Part shown: positions 1 to 12,588 of the stretch, piece by piece
Layout of the letters: each line of letters starts with the position of its first letter
Numbering within the stretch: position 1 is the stretch's first letter
Source: Cetorhinus maximus
Lineage: Eukaryota
DNA length: 64,000 bases
Direction: 5' to 3'
NCBI RefSeq assembly: GCF_964194155.1
Contig: NC_135899.1
Span: forward strand, 68,262,001-68,326,000
The notes under the pieces: model-generated
The model's input: the letters and a program-made list of their open reading frames with translations, nothing else
Told to the model about the DNA's origin: nothing
The model's database searches: none
Program-made: the position numbers and the translations under genes

Positions 1-283
1 TCACATTTTAATCCCTTCAGCCTGAAAAACATCCATTCACCATTATAGGTTTATACTTTATAACTATCTTCAGATCCATACTGCTATACCCACTTGAATA
101 CCGTTTCCTTAAATTTGCAGTACTCCTCAACTAATGCCTTTTGATTTTCTGTGTGCATATTACAAATGTAATTCCTTTATCAAGAGACTCATTTCTCATC
201 TAGTCGCTAAAACAGAGCAACAGGAAGTAACAAGAGGAAACATATGTACAAGTAGAAGTTAATTCAGACTCTTTAAACCTCAC

Positions 284-365
284 CTCGCATCAATCGCTGA
301 GTTTCACTGTGAATCTGACGGATTGCCTCTTTACTCTGTTTAGCTGCCTTCCTCTCTGTACGTAC
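284..365 (-). CDS. CLSPN: Claspin coding exon 6 (gene continues beyond the left edge)
   Basis: aag|GTACGT...ATGCGAG|gtgag; translates VRTERKAAKQSKEAIRQIHSETQRLMR(E), similar to recalled human claspin [27 protein letters not shown]; 82 nt, phase 0 to 1. Confidence 0.9.
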
Positions 366-1121
366 CTTTAAGGACAGAAAGCAATAAGAATTGTATCAGG
401 TGGAGGGGCATGTAACCTGAAACATTAAACAAATGGAATTTAATATTCAAAAATAACCATAAAAATGTTTATTTTTGAATACTGGTTACCAGAAGGAACT
501 TGCACTGGATGCAGCATACCTCCAGTGATCCCTTAACCTCATTCTCAATAACTGGTTTTATCTATGCTCAGCTTGTGCTTTAAGGCAATAATAGAGGTTT
601 GAAATTTCATTTGAATCAATAAAAATTGTCTAAGATAAAAAAAGACATGCCTAAATTCTGAAAACATACTTGATAGCTATGTGCAATATTAAACTTTGAG
701 CACCAATCACAATGTGCAGCATTGCATTTTGTCAATTACCCAACACTGGAGTAATAGATGGTTAGTGGTAAGAGTATCTCAGTTGTAGTTAAACATCACC
801 AGAACTCTGACAAATCAAATAATGTCACAAACCACAATTATAAGGCAAGTAACATCCCTGTACATTTCATAAATTTGTGACTTCCTATACATAGGTGTTC
901 ACGATTGGTGATGACATGGCCACTGCAACTTCAGTATCTGCCTGACAGCATAACATTGCATTTTCAGTGTAACTTCACAAGTCACATCCATAGGAGAGAA
1001 ATATTGCATTTCAAGTCATAACTATATTTTTGACCAATTTTGAGTTGTGGCTGGTGACCTCAATTTTACATTACTGTAGGCTCAGGATTTGGGTTAAGCA
1101 TGTATCCATGTTTTAAAAAGC

Positions 1122-1620
1122 AGAAGTTATAGCACAGAAATGGGCCTTTTGGCCCAGCTGGTCAATGCCAGTGTTTATGCTCCAAACAAGTGTCTTCTCA
1201 AGAGCACAAGAAATAAGAGAAGACAATTTCTCGTCTTCTGACCCGATAGGCTTGCTCCACCATTCAATACAATCATGGCTGATCTTGGGCTTCAACTCTA
1301 CATTCCTGGTCGCTCTCCAGATCCCGCTATTCCAAGAGACCAAAACTCTGCCTAAACCAGCCTTAAAGGTATTCAATGATGGAATATCCACAACCCCTTG
1401 GGTAGAGAATTCCAAGATTCACATCCTTTTGAGTGAATTAGTTGCTCATTACCTCAGTCCTAAATGACTGGCCCCTTATACTGATACTGCGCTCGTGTTT
1501 TAGATTCCCAGACCAGCGGAAACAATCTCTCAGCATTTACCCTATCAAGCCCTTTCAGAATCTTGTATGTTTCAAAAAGACAGCCTTTCATTCTTCTAAA
1601 TGCCAGAGAATATAGGCCCA
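1122..1620 (-). mobile_element. CR1-clade LINE 3' fragment(s)
   Basis: Reverse strand encodes a degenerate CR1 RT C-terminus plus 3' UTR, similar to copies at 12589, 21308 and 36150. Confidence 0.7.
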
Positions 1621-2385
1621 AGCTATGAATTGCTGATTAAATTCAGGAGGATTCATTGGTTTAAATTATAAATACAACATCCACGTAAAGTTCAGGAGCT
1701 TCTAGCTGAGCAAATGAATAAGTCATTTCAAATGCCTGTATAAAAGAGTGTATTGAGCAAGGGACACTATAGACTTGCCCCATTGGAGTTTAACCATATT
1801 ATACTCACTAATAGTTTTCCAAATGTCTATCCATTCATTTTTATTTTAATTGTAAAATATGAACCAATTCAAGATACGGGGTAATTAGCCATAGTCCACG
1901 AGAGACCATAGGCATCTCTGTTAGAGAGGTAGAAGTGGCGCCATTCCATATCAAGCATGGGGCAAGGCAAAGAAGCAGGAACCCATGAACTACCACAGGT
2001 GAGCATATAACAATATAGCATTGTGCTTAATCCAGTAACAGGATTACTGCAAATAATCTTAACCAAAACAACTCTTCAAAAGGGCAGATTGGTAAAAATA
2101 GTGTGTAGATAGTAATGAACACGGTCTGCTTATTTTTATAAAAATCCAAGTTTCTAGAATTTTTTTTTAAAGAATAGAAATTTAAGAATACAAGCTTGTA
2201 AATCTTTGATTTTTTAAACGGTGCTAAGGAAAGTAGAACGACAGGATGCATCAAAAATATTATTCAGTGACTAACAATTTTGCTGAAAGGGTATTTTCCT
2301 AGAAAATGACATATTGCATACAATATTTAATTTTAAAGTGATGTGACAAAGGATCAATTTTAAGTTATTCTTAGCCAAATATCAC

Positions 2386-2466
2386 CTTTTTCTCTTCTAA
2401 TGGCATCAAAGACTCCTCGCAGTCATAATCCTGGAGATTTTCAGTAGATGGAACCAGTATTGTACT
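2386..2466 (-). CDS. CLSPN: Claspin coding exon 5
   Basis: ttttag|AGTACA...GAAAAAG|gtgat; 81 nt, open, phase 0/0 bridging exons 4 and 6 (STILVPSTENLQDYDCEESLMPLEEKK); weak sequence similarity. Confidence 0.7.
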
Positions 2467-2711
2467 CTAAAATCATAAATAAATGCAACTGAGAAAATAC
2501 TGCAGCAACTGTACAAGTAAGCAAATTCAAAATGTCAAAGTACTGCTTTGAAATATTTTAGAATTAAAGAAACAGGATCGATGGAATACAAAAGTATTCA
2601 CAATAAAGTAATAATAAAGGGTGAGATATTTACTAAGTCAATCATATTATGTTTTATTCCCTATGATATATTGCATAGGTGATGGGAAAATCAGCCAAAG
2701 TTCCTACTCTT

Positions 2712-2840
2712 GGGCTGGGATTTTCCGGCCCCGTTACGGGTGGGACCTGCTGCGGGCGAGGCGGTGCCCCAGCCAGAAATCCATTGACTTCCGACGGGTC
2801 CGGAAGGTCACAGCAGCGGGCGGGTGTGGAAAATCCGGCC
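2712..2840. mobile_element. ~130-bp MITE-like element with terminal inverted repeats
   Basis: GGCTGGGATTTTCC...GGAAAATCCGGCC termini; a reverse-complement relative lies at 50755-50881. Confidence 0.7.
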
Positions 2841-2984
2841 GTTGGTCTCTATCCAATGTGTCCTGCTAGAAAGTGCACATACATGGACACTGACATGGGG
2901 TAAGATAGGCATTATGAGTGATTTTTAACATTTAATTTTAATTCGAGTTCAGACCGTGATTGGTGATCAAAGGACAAAAATTGT

Positions 2985-3430
2985 AGCACTTTTAATATAA
3001 AACTTCCCAAGGCCCTTCACAGAAACATTATAAAACAAAGTATGACACACAGTCACAAAAAAGGAGATATTAGGTCAGATCAGCAAAGGCTTGGGCAAAG
3101 AGGTCGGTACTAAGGAATGTCTTAAGGAGAAAAGCGAGATAGAGAGCAACAGGTGTTGAGAGGGTTTCCAGAGTTTGGGGCCTAATCGACTGAAGGCCTG
3201 GTCATCAATGATAAAGCGATTAAAATTGGGAGTCCACAAAAAGCCAGAATTAGAGAAGCGCAGATATCTCAGATGGTTGTGGGGTTGAAGGAGACTACAA
3301 AGAAAGAGAGGGACAAGGCCATGGAGAGATTTGAAAATAAGGATGAATATTTTAAAATCAAGACATTGACCTACATGGGTTCCAGGTCAAGCAGTGTGCA
3401 CAGGAGTGATAAGGCAATGGTACTTGGCAT
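2985..3430 (-). mobile_element. L2-like LINE 3' fragment
   Basis: Homologous to 23340-23740 (aaaggcttgggcaaagagg..agccagaattaga..gatttgaaaataaggatgaa..ttttaaaatc). Confidence 0.6.
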
Positions 3431-4006
3431 GCAGGTCTAAAATGATATTTGTTGCATTAATACAAGTAACAGAATTTTTTGCACCTTGAACAGTTGTAGC
3501 TACCCTGAATAATTGAAATTTTGTCGTGATTCAGAGCAGCCAAATACTACTGTTCTGGTAAATGTATTGCATTAATGGTTAACCTTTACATGCCTATATA
3601 ACATGCACACAATTTGGCGATTTAAATTTATACAGGGTGGATTCTCCCCACCGCCTTAAATTTATGCTTGACGAACAGATGTACATTCACAAAACCCATT
3701 CCCACACAATGAAATGAACCATTGTAACCTGAGGTTTACATTACTCGTCCAGATTTTCATGGAGTTTCCTAGTCTAGGCCTCTCTCTTCCTCTACTTCCA
3801 CCCTCACCCAAACCAAGATCTAGATAGTTTATCCAGGTAAGAATACTCAACAAAGGGCAGAGGGACATAGATGGTAAAATCCAGACAGTAGTAGGGCTGC
3901 TTGTGCCCGTGAAACAGCAACAGTTAAACCCTTCAGTGCACAAAGCTGGCAAAAATAGTTCTATTTGTGGAGTGAAACAATTTTAAAAGATTCAACTTGC
4001 ACTCAC

Positions 4007-4174
4007 TTTGGATTGCTTTGCTTTATTTTTCACTGCTGCTCGAATGGCATCCAATGACAACTCCTCTTCCTCTGTGCCAAGTTCATGTTCATCATCCATT
4101 TCAGTCTCAAACAGGTCACTGTTGTTTAGCAGGCAGCCACTGTCATCTGCTAGCTTGAATTCTGTGGACTCTTC
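4007..4174 (-). CDS. CLSPN: Claspin coding exon 4
   Basis: cag|GAAGAG...AGCAAA|gtgagt; 168 nt; DSGCLL..DLFET..SLDAIRAAVKNK matches claspin DSGCLLVDKDLFETG..SLESIRAAVKNK. Confidence 0.93.
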
Positions 4175-4359
4175 CTGAATAGAAGAGTTAAAGAAGTTCA
4201 GAGAAATTAACAAAAGGGATTAATGTAATTACTACTACATACTATCTTCAGAGCGCTGGAGTAAATAAGACTTAAAAAGAGATCTCAAAATGTCAAATGG
4301 TTTAGGCAGTCAAGTTTAAGCTGTTTTAAAGCACCCTGTTAAATATATATTTTCCACAC

Positions 4360-4847
4360 CAGTTTTTCCTGTTTCTTCTTTTTTCTCTTCAGTTTCTCAA
4401 CCACTTCAAGTTTTTTCTGTGCTTTCTCTCGCTGTCTCTGGGATCTGTCCTTTCGATTTTCTCGCTCCTTGCGATACTTTGAACATTTTGATTTTTCTTG
4501 GCTAAGTGAAGAGCTATCCGAATCAAAGTTTTTGTGGTGGGTTTCTGTGGTGGACAGTTTTTCAATTTCACTGCCAATAAAATTGGATTTTAACATCCTT
4601 GTTTGGTCTTTGCTGTTGAGAACATCCAAGTCGCTTTCATCACTATCCAATGTCGCTCTCCGAATACGTCGTAATTTTTTGCTCTTATCTACAGCATTAG
4701 TGTTCAAGTTTTGCTCCTCATTCTCACTCGCATCATCCGATTTTAAATTGCTGATTTTGTTCACATTGCTTGCTTCCCCATCACTATCACTCTCCTGTAC
4801 AGGTTTTCTTGTTGTTTTCTTACAAGGAAAAATTTCCTCTTCTGAAT
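4360..4847 (-). CDS. CLSPN: Claspin coding exon 3
   Basis: ccag|ATTCAG...AAACTG|gtgtgg; DSEEEIF..RKPVQESDSD..DSDES..EKLKRKKKK matches the claspin N-terminus; phase 1 to 0. Confidence 0.9.
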
Positions 4848-5432
4848 CTGGAAGGAAACAAAAAAGTGATTGATTCACTTCAATTTTGATATATTGCACT
4901 GTAAATTTGTCTGAAGTACTCCCAATTTATTATTTATTACACAGAGTTGGATGTCAACTTCATTGAATTCATACTGTCACAGAAATATAAATATAGAAAT
5001 TTTAGGTTGATTTATTTGCTACTCAACTAGGGAACAGTTTAAAAGATAGCACACTACAGAAGCACATTGCCATAGCATGAACACACTACAGCTGGGACAC
5101 TGGGGAGAAAAAAAGAGTGCCATCTGAATGTTGGTGTATTATTCAACTGAAGTTTGTCACACATATGAATCCTCACAATTACAGAGTAACATGACCATAT
5201 GCCAGAACACAAGCAACCTGCTGAATTGAAGCAGTTTTTTTTTTCTTTAAAACTTGTTAAACTTCAGAAACATGTTTTCATCACTCATTGTCACTGGCTT
5301 GCAGTCAGGAAGTATAACACATCTCCAGTACCTACTACTATTGATTCAAGCTATATCAAAACTTGAACACAAATGGTCCAATGGCATAATACCAATGTTA
5401 AAGTTTACGTTCTGAGATTTAAGTCAAAAACA

Positions 5433-6020
5433 ATCATAGAATCATTTAGCACAGGAGGAGGCCATTCAGCCCATTGTGCCTTTGAAAGTTGTTTAATTTA
5501 ATCCCATACCCAGGCTTTCTTCTTCAAACCTTGCAAATCCCCCTCAAGCATATGCCCAACTGACTTTTGAAAGATACTATGGAATTTGCCACTACCACTC
5601 TTTCAGTAGAGCATTTCAGATCCTACTGTATTATTTCCTTATCAGTTTTTGCTAATGATTTTAAATATATGGCTTGCCAAATGAAATAGTTTCTCCATAC
5701 TTATATCAAAATGCCTAAATTTTGAATATTAGATCTCCTCTTTGAATATTAGATCTTCTGTGCTCCAAGGAGAACAATTATACTTCTCCACTGAATTCAA
5801 GTTGCTCATCCCTGGTATCATCCTTGTCAACATTCTCTGTATCCCCTGCAAGGCCTTAATATCATCCCTGGAATGAGGTACCCAGATTTTTACTTGATAC
5901 TCCAGCCGGGCCTAACCGGTGACTTGTAAAGGTTTATTATGGCTTCCTTATGTTTCTAGTCAATGTACCTATTTATGAAACCAAGGATCCCGTAGGCTTT
6001 TTTAACCGCTTTATCAACTT
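5433..6020 (-). mobile_element. Old CR1-clade LINE 3' fragment
   Basis: atcatagaatc tail, ggccattcagccc motif and degenerate RT end on the reverse strand. Confidence 0.6.
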
Positions 6021-6305
6021 CATTCAACCATTTCTGTTACAAAATTCCTAGAAAATCCAAGAGAATTAAATGGAAGCAGGATGTACTGCCTTCCACCACC
6101 TGATAAAGTGGGGATTATTTTTAAATTAATGCAAAAGCAGGTAACTTAGATCAGTAAAATACTGACATCTGAAATATTCAAAATTGGCACACTGAGGACT
6201 TTTTGACGAAGCACTCCAGACAATAATCGGATTTGATGATATTGAGAATGAACTACTGGTGGCTTTGCAAGCTGATAATCAGATCACACAGGAGGGAACA
6301 CAAAC

Positions 6306-6411
6306 CTCTGTCAGAGTGGCATGCTTCTTTGTTCAAACGCGGGGAGGCCATTCCACAACTTCCCTTGCCGCTGTCACTATCACTGTCATTCGTTTTCTCC
6401 TCAAAAGTTAA
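6306..6411 (-). CDS. CLSPN: Claspin coding exon 2, contains DSGKGS beta-TrCP-type phosphodegron
   Basis: ccag|TTAACT...GACAGAG|gtttgt; 106 nt, phase 0 to 1; DSGKGS at 6358-6375 corresponds to the human DSGQGS degron. Confidence 0.88.
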
Positions 6412-6684
6412 CTGGAAAGAAAATACAAAAACAAGTTCTGTTTTGGTCACAGCTCATTAGGTACAAAATTGGAATATTGAGGGAATTCGATTAAAATCAA
6501 AGCTGGAAGGGAAGAGAGCAATTAGATGCAGCACACGTTACAACCATTGACTTTCACTTTGGGCACAGATTCAGGCCAGAGTGTAAGGACAAAGGTTTCC
6601 TCCACCTGATGGTGGCCATATTCATTTGAGAAATAAATTTGAACGGTCTTAATCAAGCAGGTTCACCAAACAAATTACACTGGA

Positions 6685-7372
6685 TTTACAGCTCAGGAAC
6701 AGGCTACTTGGCCCAACTGGTCCATACCAATGTTTATGTTCCACACCAGCCTCCTTACACCCAACTTGATCGAACCTCATCAGTATATCCTTCTATTGCT
6801 TTCTCGCTCATGTGGTTCTTTAGCATCCCCTTAAAACGATACCACATTGAGCAATTGAGGTAAATAGAGATGCATTTTAAGGTGGATTCTAATACTTCCT
6901 TGAAAAGCTTTCCCTTAAATTCCTCATTGAATTGAATATTGATAATCATAAATTATGCTCAACGACTGGAAACTGAACCATTTATTACATCATCCCTCAG
7001 TCTCCTCTTTTCTAGAAGGGTCCCAGCCTACTGATCTTTCCTGACCTCACAATCATCCATGTAAATCTTTATTGCACCTTCTCCAGTGTCTGGGTATCCT
7101 TTCAACAAACACTCATTCAGATACCTGACTGGATTAAAGTACCTGTGCATCAATCTTGAGCTTTCTTCGAAGTGGGAATCCCAAGGGGAAAACTGGCTAA
7201 ATATAACATTCCCTACATTGACATAGAAAACAGCAGTAGGCCATTCGGCTCTTCATGCCTGATCCACCATTCATTATGATCATGGCTGACCATCCAACTC
7301 AATAGCCTGCTCCCGCTTTCTCCCCATACCCTTTGATCCCTTTCGCCCCAAGAGCTATATCTAACTCCTTTG
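6685..7372 (-). mobile_element. Degenerate CR1 3' fragments
   Basis: CR1-type 3' tails at about 6685 and 7222 (acatagaaaacagcagtaggccattcgg). Confidence 0.5.
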
Positions 7373-7593
7373 ACAATGTGAAAATCAAAAAATTAAAACT
7401 AAAATGAACAAGTATCACTATTTAAGCACGGAACCTCAATTCTTTTAAAACTCAGCACAAAAGTTGACTGTTTTCAACAGGCTTCACAGGAATTCCTACA
7501 TACTCAATATTAAGTGGGTGCAGATATCTCCGGGACATACAACGTTCCTCGGATTGCTGTTCCTGTTGCATTCTGAGATCCACACTCAGTGCC

Positions 7594-10003
7594 ATGCGCC
7601 GTCATATGAACACACTCGACCTCTCCCTCCAGCAGCACCGCCGCACCCTTTTTCAAAGCTGCGCGTGCCCCCAGTTTCATTTTATTCTTCGTCTCATCCG
7701 ATGCCTCAACAAGAAACTTTTTCTCTTTCTCTCAAGTGCTAAGGAACGCAAGCTCCAACAACTCATCGACACCAACACCCATCTGGGACCCTCCACCCCT
7801 GCCTGTACCTCTGTCCCTATCCCGTCTTTCAATCCCAGCCCTGGCCGTTTATTCACCATACCCCATGACCTTCCCCTCTCCGACACTGAACGTTCAGTGC
7901 TCAGCAAAGGACTTAGTTTCATACCCTTACGCCCTCATCTCAATGAATTTCGGGCTTGGCACGATGCTGAACTCTTCTTCCGCCGCCTTCGTCTCCGTGC
8001 TCACTTCTTTGGGCAGGAGTCCTCTCCCCGTTCAACGGATCCTTTTACCCACCTCCAATATTCTCCCTCCACCTGGACCCCTCCCTCTGGATTCTTACCT
8101 TCTCTTGATCTTTTCATTGAGAACTGTCGGTGTGACATTAGTCATCTCAATTTCTCTGCTCCTCTCACCCATTCTAACCTGTCTCTCTCTGAACTTACTG
8201 CACTCCGTTCTCTCAGGTCCAACCCTGACATTGTCATCAAACCCGCTGTTGTTGTCTGGTGCACTGACCTCTACCTCGCCTCCGCTGAGCGTCAACTCGC
8301 AGACACTTCCTCCTACCTCTCCCTGGACCATGACCCCACCACTGAACATCAAGCCATTGTTTCCAGGACTGTCACTGACCTCATCTCCTCTAGAGATCTT
8401 TCTTCCACAGCTTCCAACCTGATAGTCTCCCAACCTTGGACGGCCCTCTTCTACCTCCTACCCAAAATCCACAAACAGGACTGTCCCGGCAGACCGATCG
8501 TGTCGGCCTGTTCCTGCCCCACGGAACTCATTTCTCGCTATCTTGACTCCCTTCCCTCTCCCCTTGTCCAGTCCCTTCCCACCTACATCCGTGATTCCTC
8601 TGACACCTTACGTCACTTCAACAATTTCCAGTTCCCTGGCCTCAACCACCTCCTCTTCACCATGGATGTCCAATCTCTCTAGACCTCCATCCCCCACCGG
8701 GATGGTCTAAGGGCTCTCTGCTTCTTCATCAAAGAGAGGCCCGAACCATCCCCATCCACCACTACTCTCCTCCGTCTGGCTGAACTTGTTCTCACACTGA
8801 ACAATTTCTCCTTTAACTCCTCTCACTTCCTCCAAATAAAAGGTGTGGCTATGGGTACCCGCATGGGCTCCAGCTATGCCTGTCTCTTTATGGGGTACGT
8901 GGAACATTTCTTGTTCCAGTCCTACTCCGGCCCCCTCCCACAACTCTTTCTCCGGTACATCGATGATTACGTCGGTGCTGCTTCATGCTCTCGTCAGGAC
9001 CTGGAAAAATTTATGAATTTTGCTTCCAATCTCCACCCCTCCATCACTTTCACATGGTCCATCTCTCACACTTCCCTTCCCTTCCTTGACCTCTCTGTCA
9101 ATTTCTGGTGATAGACTGTCCACCAATATCCATTACAAGCCTACCGACTCCCACAGCTACCTCGACTACAGCTCCTCACACCCCGCTTCCTGTAAGGACT
9201 CCATCCCATTCTCTCAGTTCCTTCGCCTCTGTCGCATCTGTTCTGATGACGCTACTTTCAAAAACAGTTCCTCTGACATGTCCTCCTTCTTCCTTAACCG
9301 AGGTTTTCCACCCACGGTCGTTGACAGGGCCCTCAACCATGTCCGGCCTATCTCCCGCGCATCCGCCCTCACGCCTTCTCCTCCCTCCCAGAAACATGAT
9401 AGGGTCCCCCTTGTCCTCACTTATCACTCCAGCATTCAAAGGGCCATCCTCTGCCATTTCCGCCAACTCCAGCATGATGCCACCACCAAACACATCTTCC
9501 CTTCACCCCCCCCGGCGGCATTCCGTAGGGATCGTTCCCTTCGTGACACCCTGGTCCACTCCTCCATCACCCCCTACTCCTCCTCCCACGGCACCTCCCC
9601 ATGCAAACGCAGAAGATGCAACACCTGCCCCTTCACTTCCTCTCTCCTCACCGTCCAAGGGCCCAAACACTCCTTTCAAGTGAAGCAGCATTTCACTTCC
9701 CCCAACTTAGTCTACTGCATTCGTTGCTCCCAATGAGGTTTCCTCTACATTGGAGAGACCAAACGCAGACTGGGTGACTGCTTTGCAGAACATCTTCGGT
9801 CTGTCCGCAAGAATGACCCAGACCTCCCTGTCGCTTGCCATTTCAACACTCCACCCTGCTCTCATGCCTACATGTCTGTCCTTGGCTTGCTACATTGTTC
9901 CAGTGAAGCTCAACGCAAACTGGAGGAACAGCACCTCATCTTCTGACTAGGCACTTTACAGCCTTCCGGACTAAATATTGAGTTCAACAATTTTAGATCT
10001 TGA
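7594..10003 (+). pseudogene. Disrupted PLE ORF: reverse transcriptase + Cys-rich linker + C-terminal GIY-YIG endonuclease (Neptune-like layout)
   Basis: YLLPKIHK, PGRPIVS, FTMDVQSL*TSIP, QIKGVAMG..YACLFM, LRYIDD, PFLD..YKPTD, CKRRRCNTC, LVYCIRC..YIGET..EH..HFN..GLN; stops at about 8680, 9734 and 9944, frameshift near 9100. Confidence 0.93.
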
Positions 10004-10362
10004 AGTCTCTCCTCCATCCCCACCCCCTTCCCGTTTCTTCCCCCTCCTTTTTGTTTTTTCCAATAATTTATATAGATTTTTTCTTTTCCCACCTATTTCC
10101 ACTAATTTTAAATGTATTTCCACCATTGTTTATTTCTACCTTTTAGTATTCCCCCACCCCCACTAGAGCTATCTGTACCTCATCTGTCCTGTCTTATACT
10201 CTTAATTAGCACATTCCTTTAGATAATATCACCACCTTCAACACCTCTGTTCTTTTATCTGTGACAGCTTTTGGTTATCTCCTCCTATCACTGGCTGCTT
10301 GTCCCAACCAACCCTGCCCCCCCCAAACCAGCTTATATTTCACCCCTTTCCTAATTTTACTT

Positions 10363-10401
10363 AGTTCTGTTGAAGGGTCATGAGGACTCGAAACATCAAC
10401 T
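10363..10401 (+). ncRNA. Minimal type I hammerhead ribozyme-like motif (variant core) in PLE 3' repeat
   Basis: AGTT-CTGTTGA-A-GGGTC-atgag-GACTC-GAAA-CATC-AACT: stem I AGTT/AACT, stem II hairpin, GAAA; palindrome ACGT decayed to ACAT. Confidence 0.65.
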
Positions 10402-11154
10402 GTACTCTTCTCCGCCGATGCTGCCAGACCTGCTGAGTTTTTCCAGGTATTTCTGTTTCTGTTTTTATTATTATTAAGTGGGTGCATTCCACTTTACCTA
10501 TTGTTTGGTAGAATTGTCTGCTAACCTCGATGGAAGAGTACTTCAGCCAAGGATTGTTTCATTACTTTTGAAATCTATTGCTCATATTTGTGAATCATAG
10601 TTTTCGGGTAAGTTGTTCAATAACAAGCCAAATAATACTGAAATACTGAGTTAGAAGCAAGTTGATTAATATCCTATTTATAGACAATTTCACCTCCATA
10701 ACATTTTGCAAGAAAAGAATTTCCATTGCCGGGCTAAGGATTTATTTTATTTTTGGCAGTCCTGACATGGAATTAATTTGCTGATGACAATTACGAATTG
10801 ATTATTCCAAATTGCTCGTGGATGAATAATGAATGGTCAGAATTGATTTTGTACCAATATACACAGATATGAACCTACACTCTACACGCCAGTAAACCAT
10901 AATGACCCAGGATATTTTCTAAAACACATAATTTCTTGTGTTCCTTTCACTTGGAGCACCTATTATAGCCTAGCAAATAAATAAATGAGAAAACAGCTAC
11001 AATACAGGATGTAGGTTCACAAAACATGTAAAAGGTGCTGCAAAAACTGAATACCTGTTGAAATGCGACTGTAGTACTGGACTAAGCCCAGTATTTTTCA
11101 GATAAATGACAGCATTCATTTTACTAATGCAATTCAATAATACTAGGAAGACAG

Positions 11155-11545
11155 GCTCACAGAATTCTGATGATGCAGGAGGCCATTCGGCCCATCGTGT
11201 CTGCACCAACTCTCCGAACAAGCATTATGACTCAGTGCCATTCTCCTGCCTTTTCCCTGTAACCCTGTGCACTATATTTCTGTTCAAATAACCATCCAAT
11301 GCCCTCTTGAATGCCTCGATTGAACTTGCCTCCACCACACTAACAGGCAGTGCATTCCAGACCCGAACCACTCGCTGTATGAAAAAGATTTTTCTCATAT
11401 CGCATTTGCTTCTTTTGCAAATCACTTTAAATCTCGTTCCTGGTCCTTTTACGAGCAGGAACAGTTTTTCCCTATCTACTTTATCCAGCCCCCTCATGAT
11501 TGTGAACACTTCTATCAAATCTCCTCTTAGTCTTCTACAAGACCA
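11155..11545 (-). mobile_element. CR1-clade LINE 3' fragment
   Basis: RRLRGDLIEVFTIMRGLDKVD..FFIQRVVRVWNALP..FKRALD. Confidence 0.9.
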
Positions 11546-12588
11546 ATGATTAATTGTTGCATGTGCTAACATAAAAATAGAAAGCTATTTTAATACTGCA
11601 TTTTGCACATGTGTGGAAGTTTGCAATGGAGACACACACCTGCAATTGCACATGGAAAATTAAATCAAACCTTTTAACCCAGTTTGGAAAGAACAGTATT
11701 GGTATTGTAAATAGACTTGCAGATGCTGTCCAGGGATTAGGAGCACTAAGTGCTTGATCCAAAATCACTAGAGTCCACAAAAACATCAACTCAAAGTAAC
11801 ATCATTCCAGAACCCAATTAAGTCCTCACCTTCTCCTTACCTAATATTCACATTACACCACAGACCACTGGATAACAAGTTTAGTTAAGAAAGCTAGCAT
11901 ATCAGACTCAGATCTAGGATACTAAATCTGGGACTCCGCAGATCTGGCTCAGTACAATAAAGCCTTGGGCTTTATTGATGGCCCATTGATAAATCATTGT
12001 CTGGTGTGGTTGTAAGCCATAGACTCAAGTTTGATACTGATCAGAATTGTCAAACAGGGTAGTGGTGAGAGAAAAATCAAAACTCAATCACTAACACAGA
12101 CTCTGACCGCTCCAGTCAGGAATTCTTGGGACCAAGCCACTTCTGGATTTCAGAATTTCCAGGATTATAGAATGATGTTAGAATGTCTAACCACAAGTGT
12201 GTGAATCAAAAGACACCATACATATTTACCTGAGGCATAAAACAGATCAAACATTATAAAGCAGTAATAAAAACAGGTTTACTTAACCAAATACTGCATC
12301 TTCCGTGTTGTCAATCCCAAAGTACAGTACTAAAATGATGCTGAGAGTTGCATGGGTCTGCTCAAAAAATTTCCAGGAAACTGGTGTTTCCGAACAATAG
12401 ATTTCCGGACTGGAGAGGTTACAGTGGATATGGATATCAGGAAAAATCATAATTGTGAGTTAATGTAACTCTCCAAGTTGAACAGCCCACCGAGTCATTT
12501 GGCTCAGATTTACATACAAAGGACAGCCACCATAATGCACTGGTTTTGGGGAACCTGTGGAATTCAACCACACATCAGCTCCCATCCA

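Larger units (their letters stand above)
7523..10471 (+). mobile_element. Penelope-like retroelement, 5'-truncated, in CLSPN intron 1
   Basis: 15-bp TSD TATTAAGTGGGTGCA at 7508-7522 and 10472-10486; RT and GIY-YIG motifs; 3' repeat with hammerhead-like motif. Confidence 0.95.

Noticed and set aside
7736-9683. Alternative-frame and antisense ORFs within the PLE
   Set aside because: Shadows of the C-rich RT ORF
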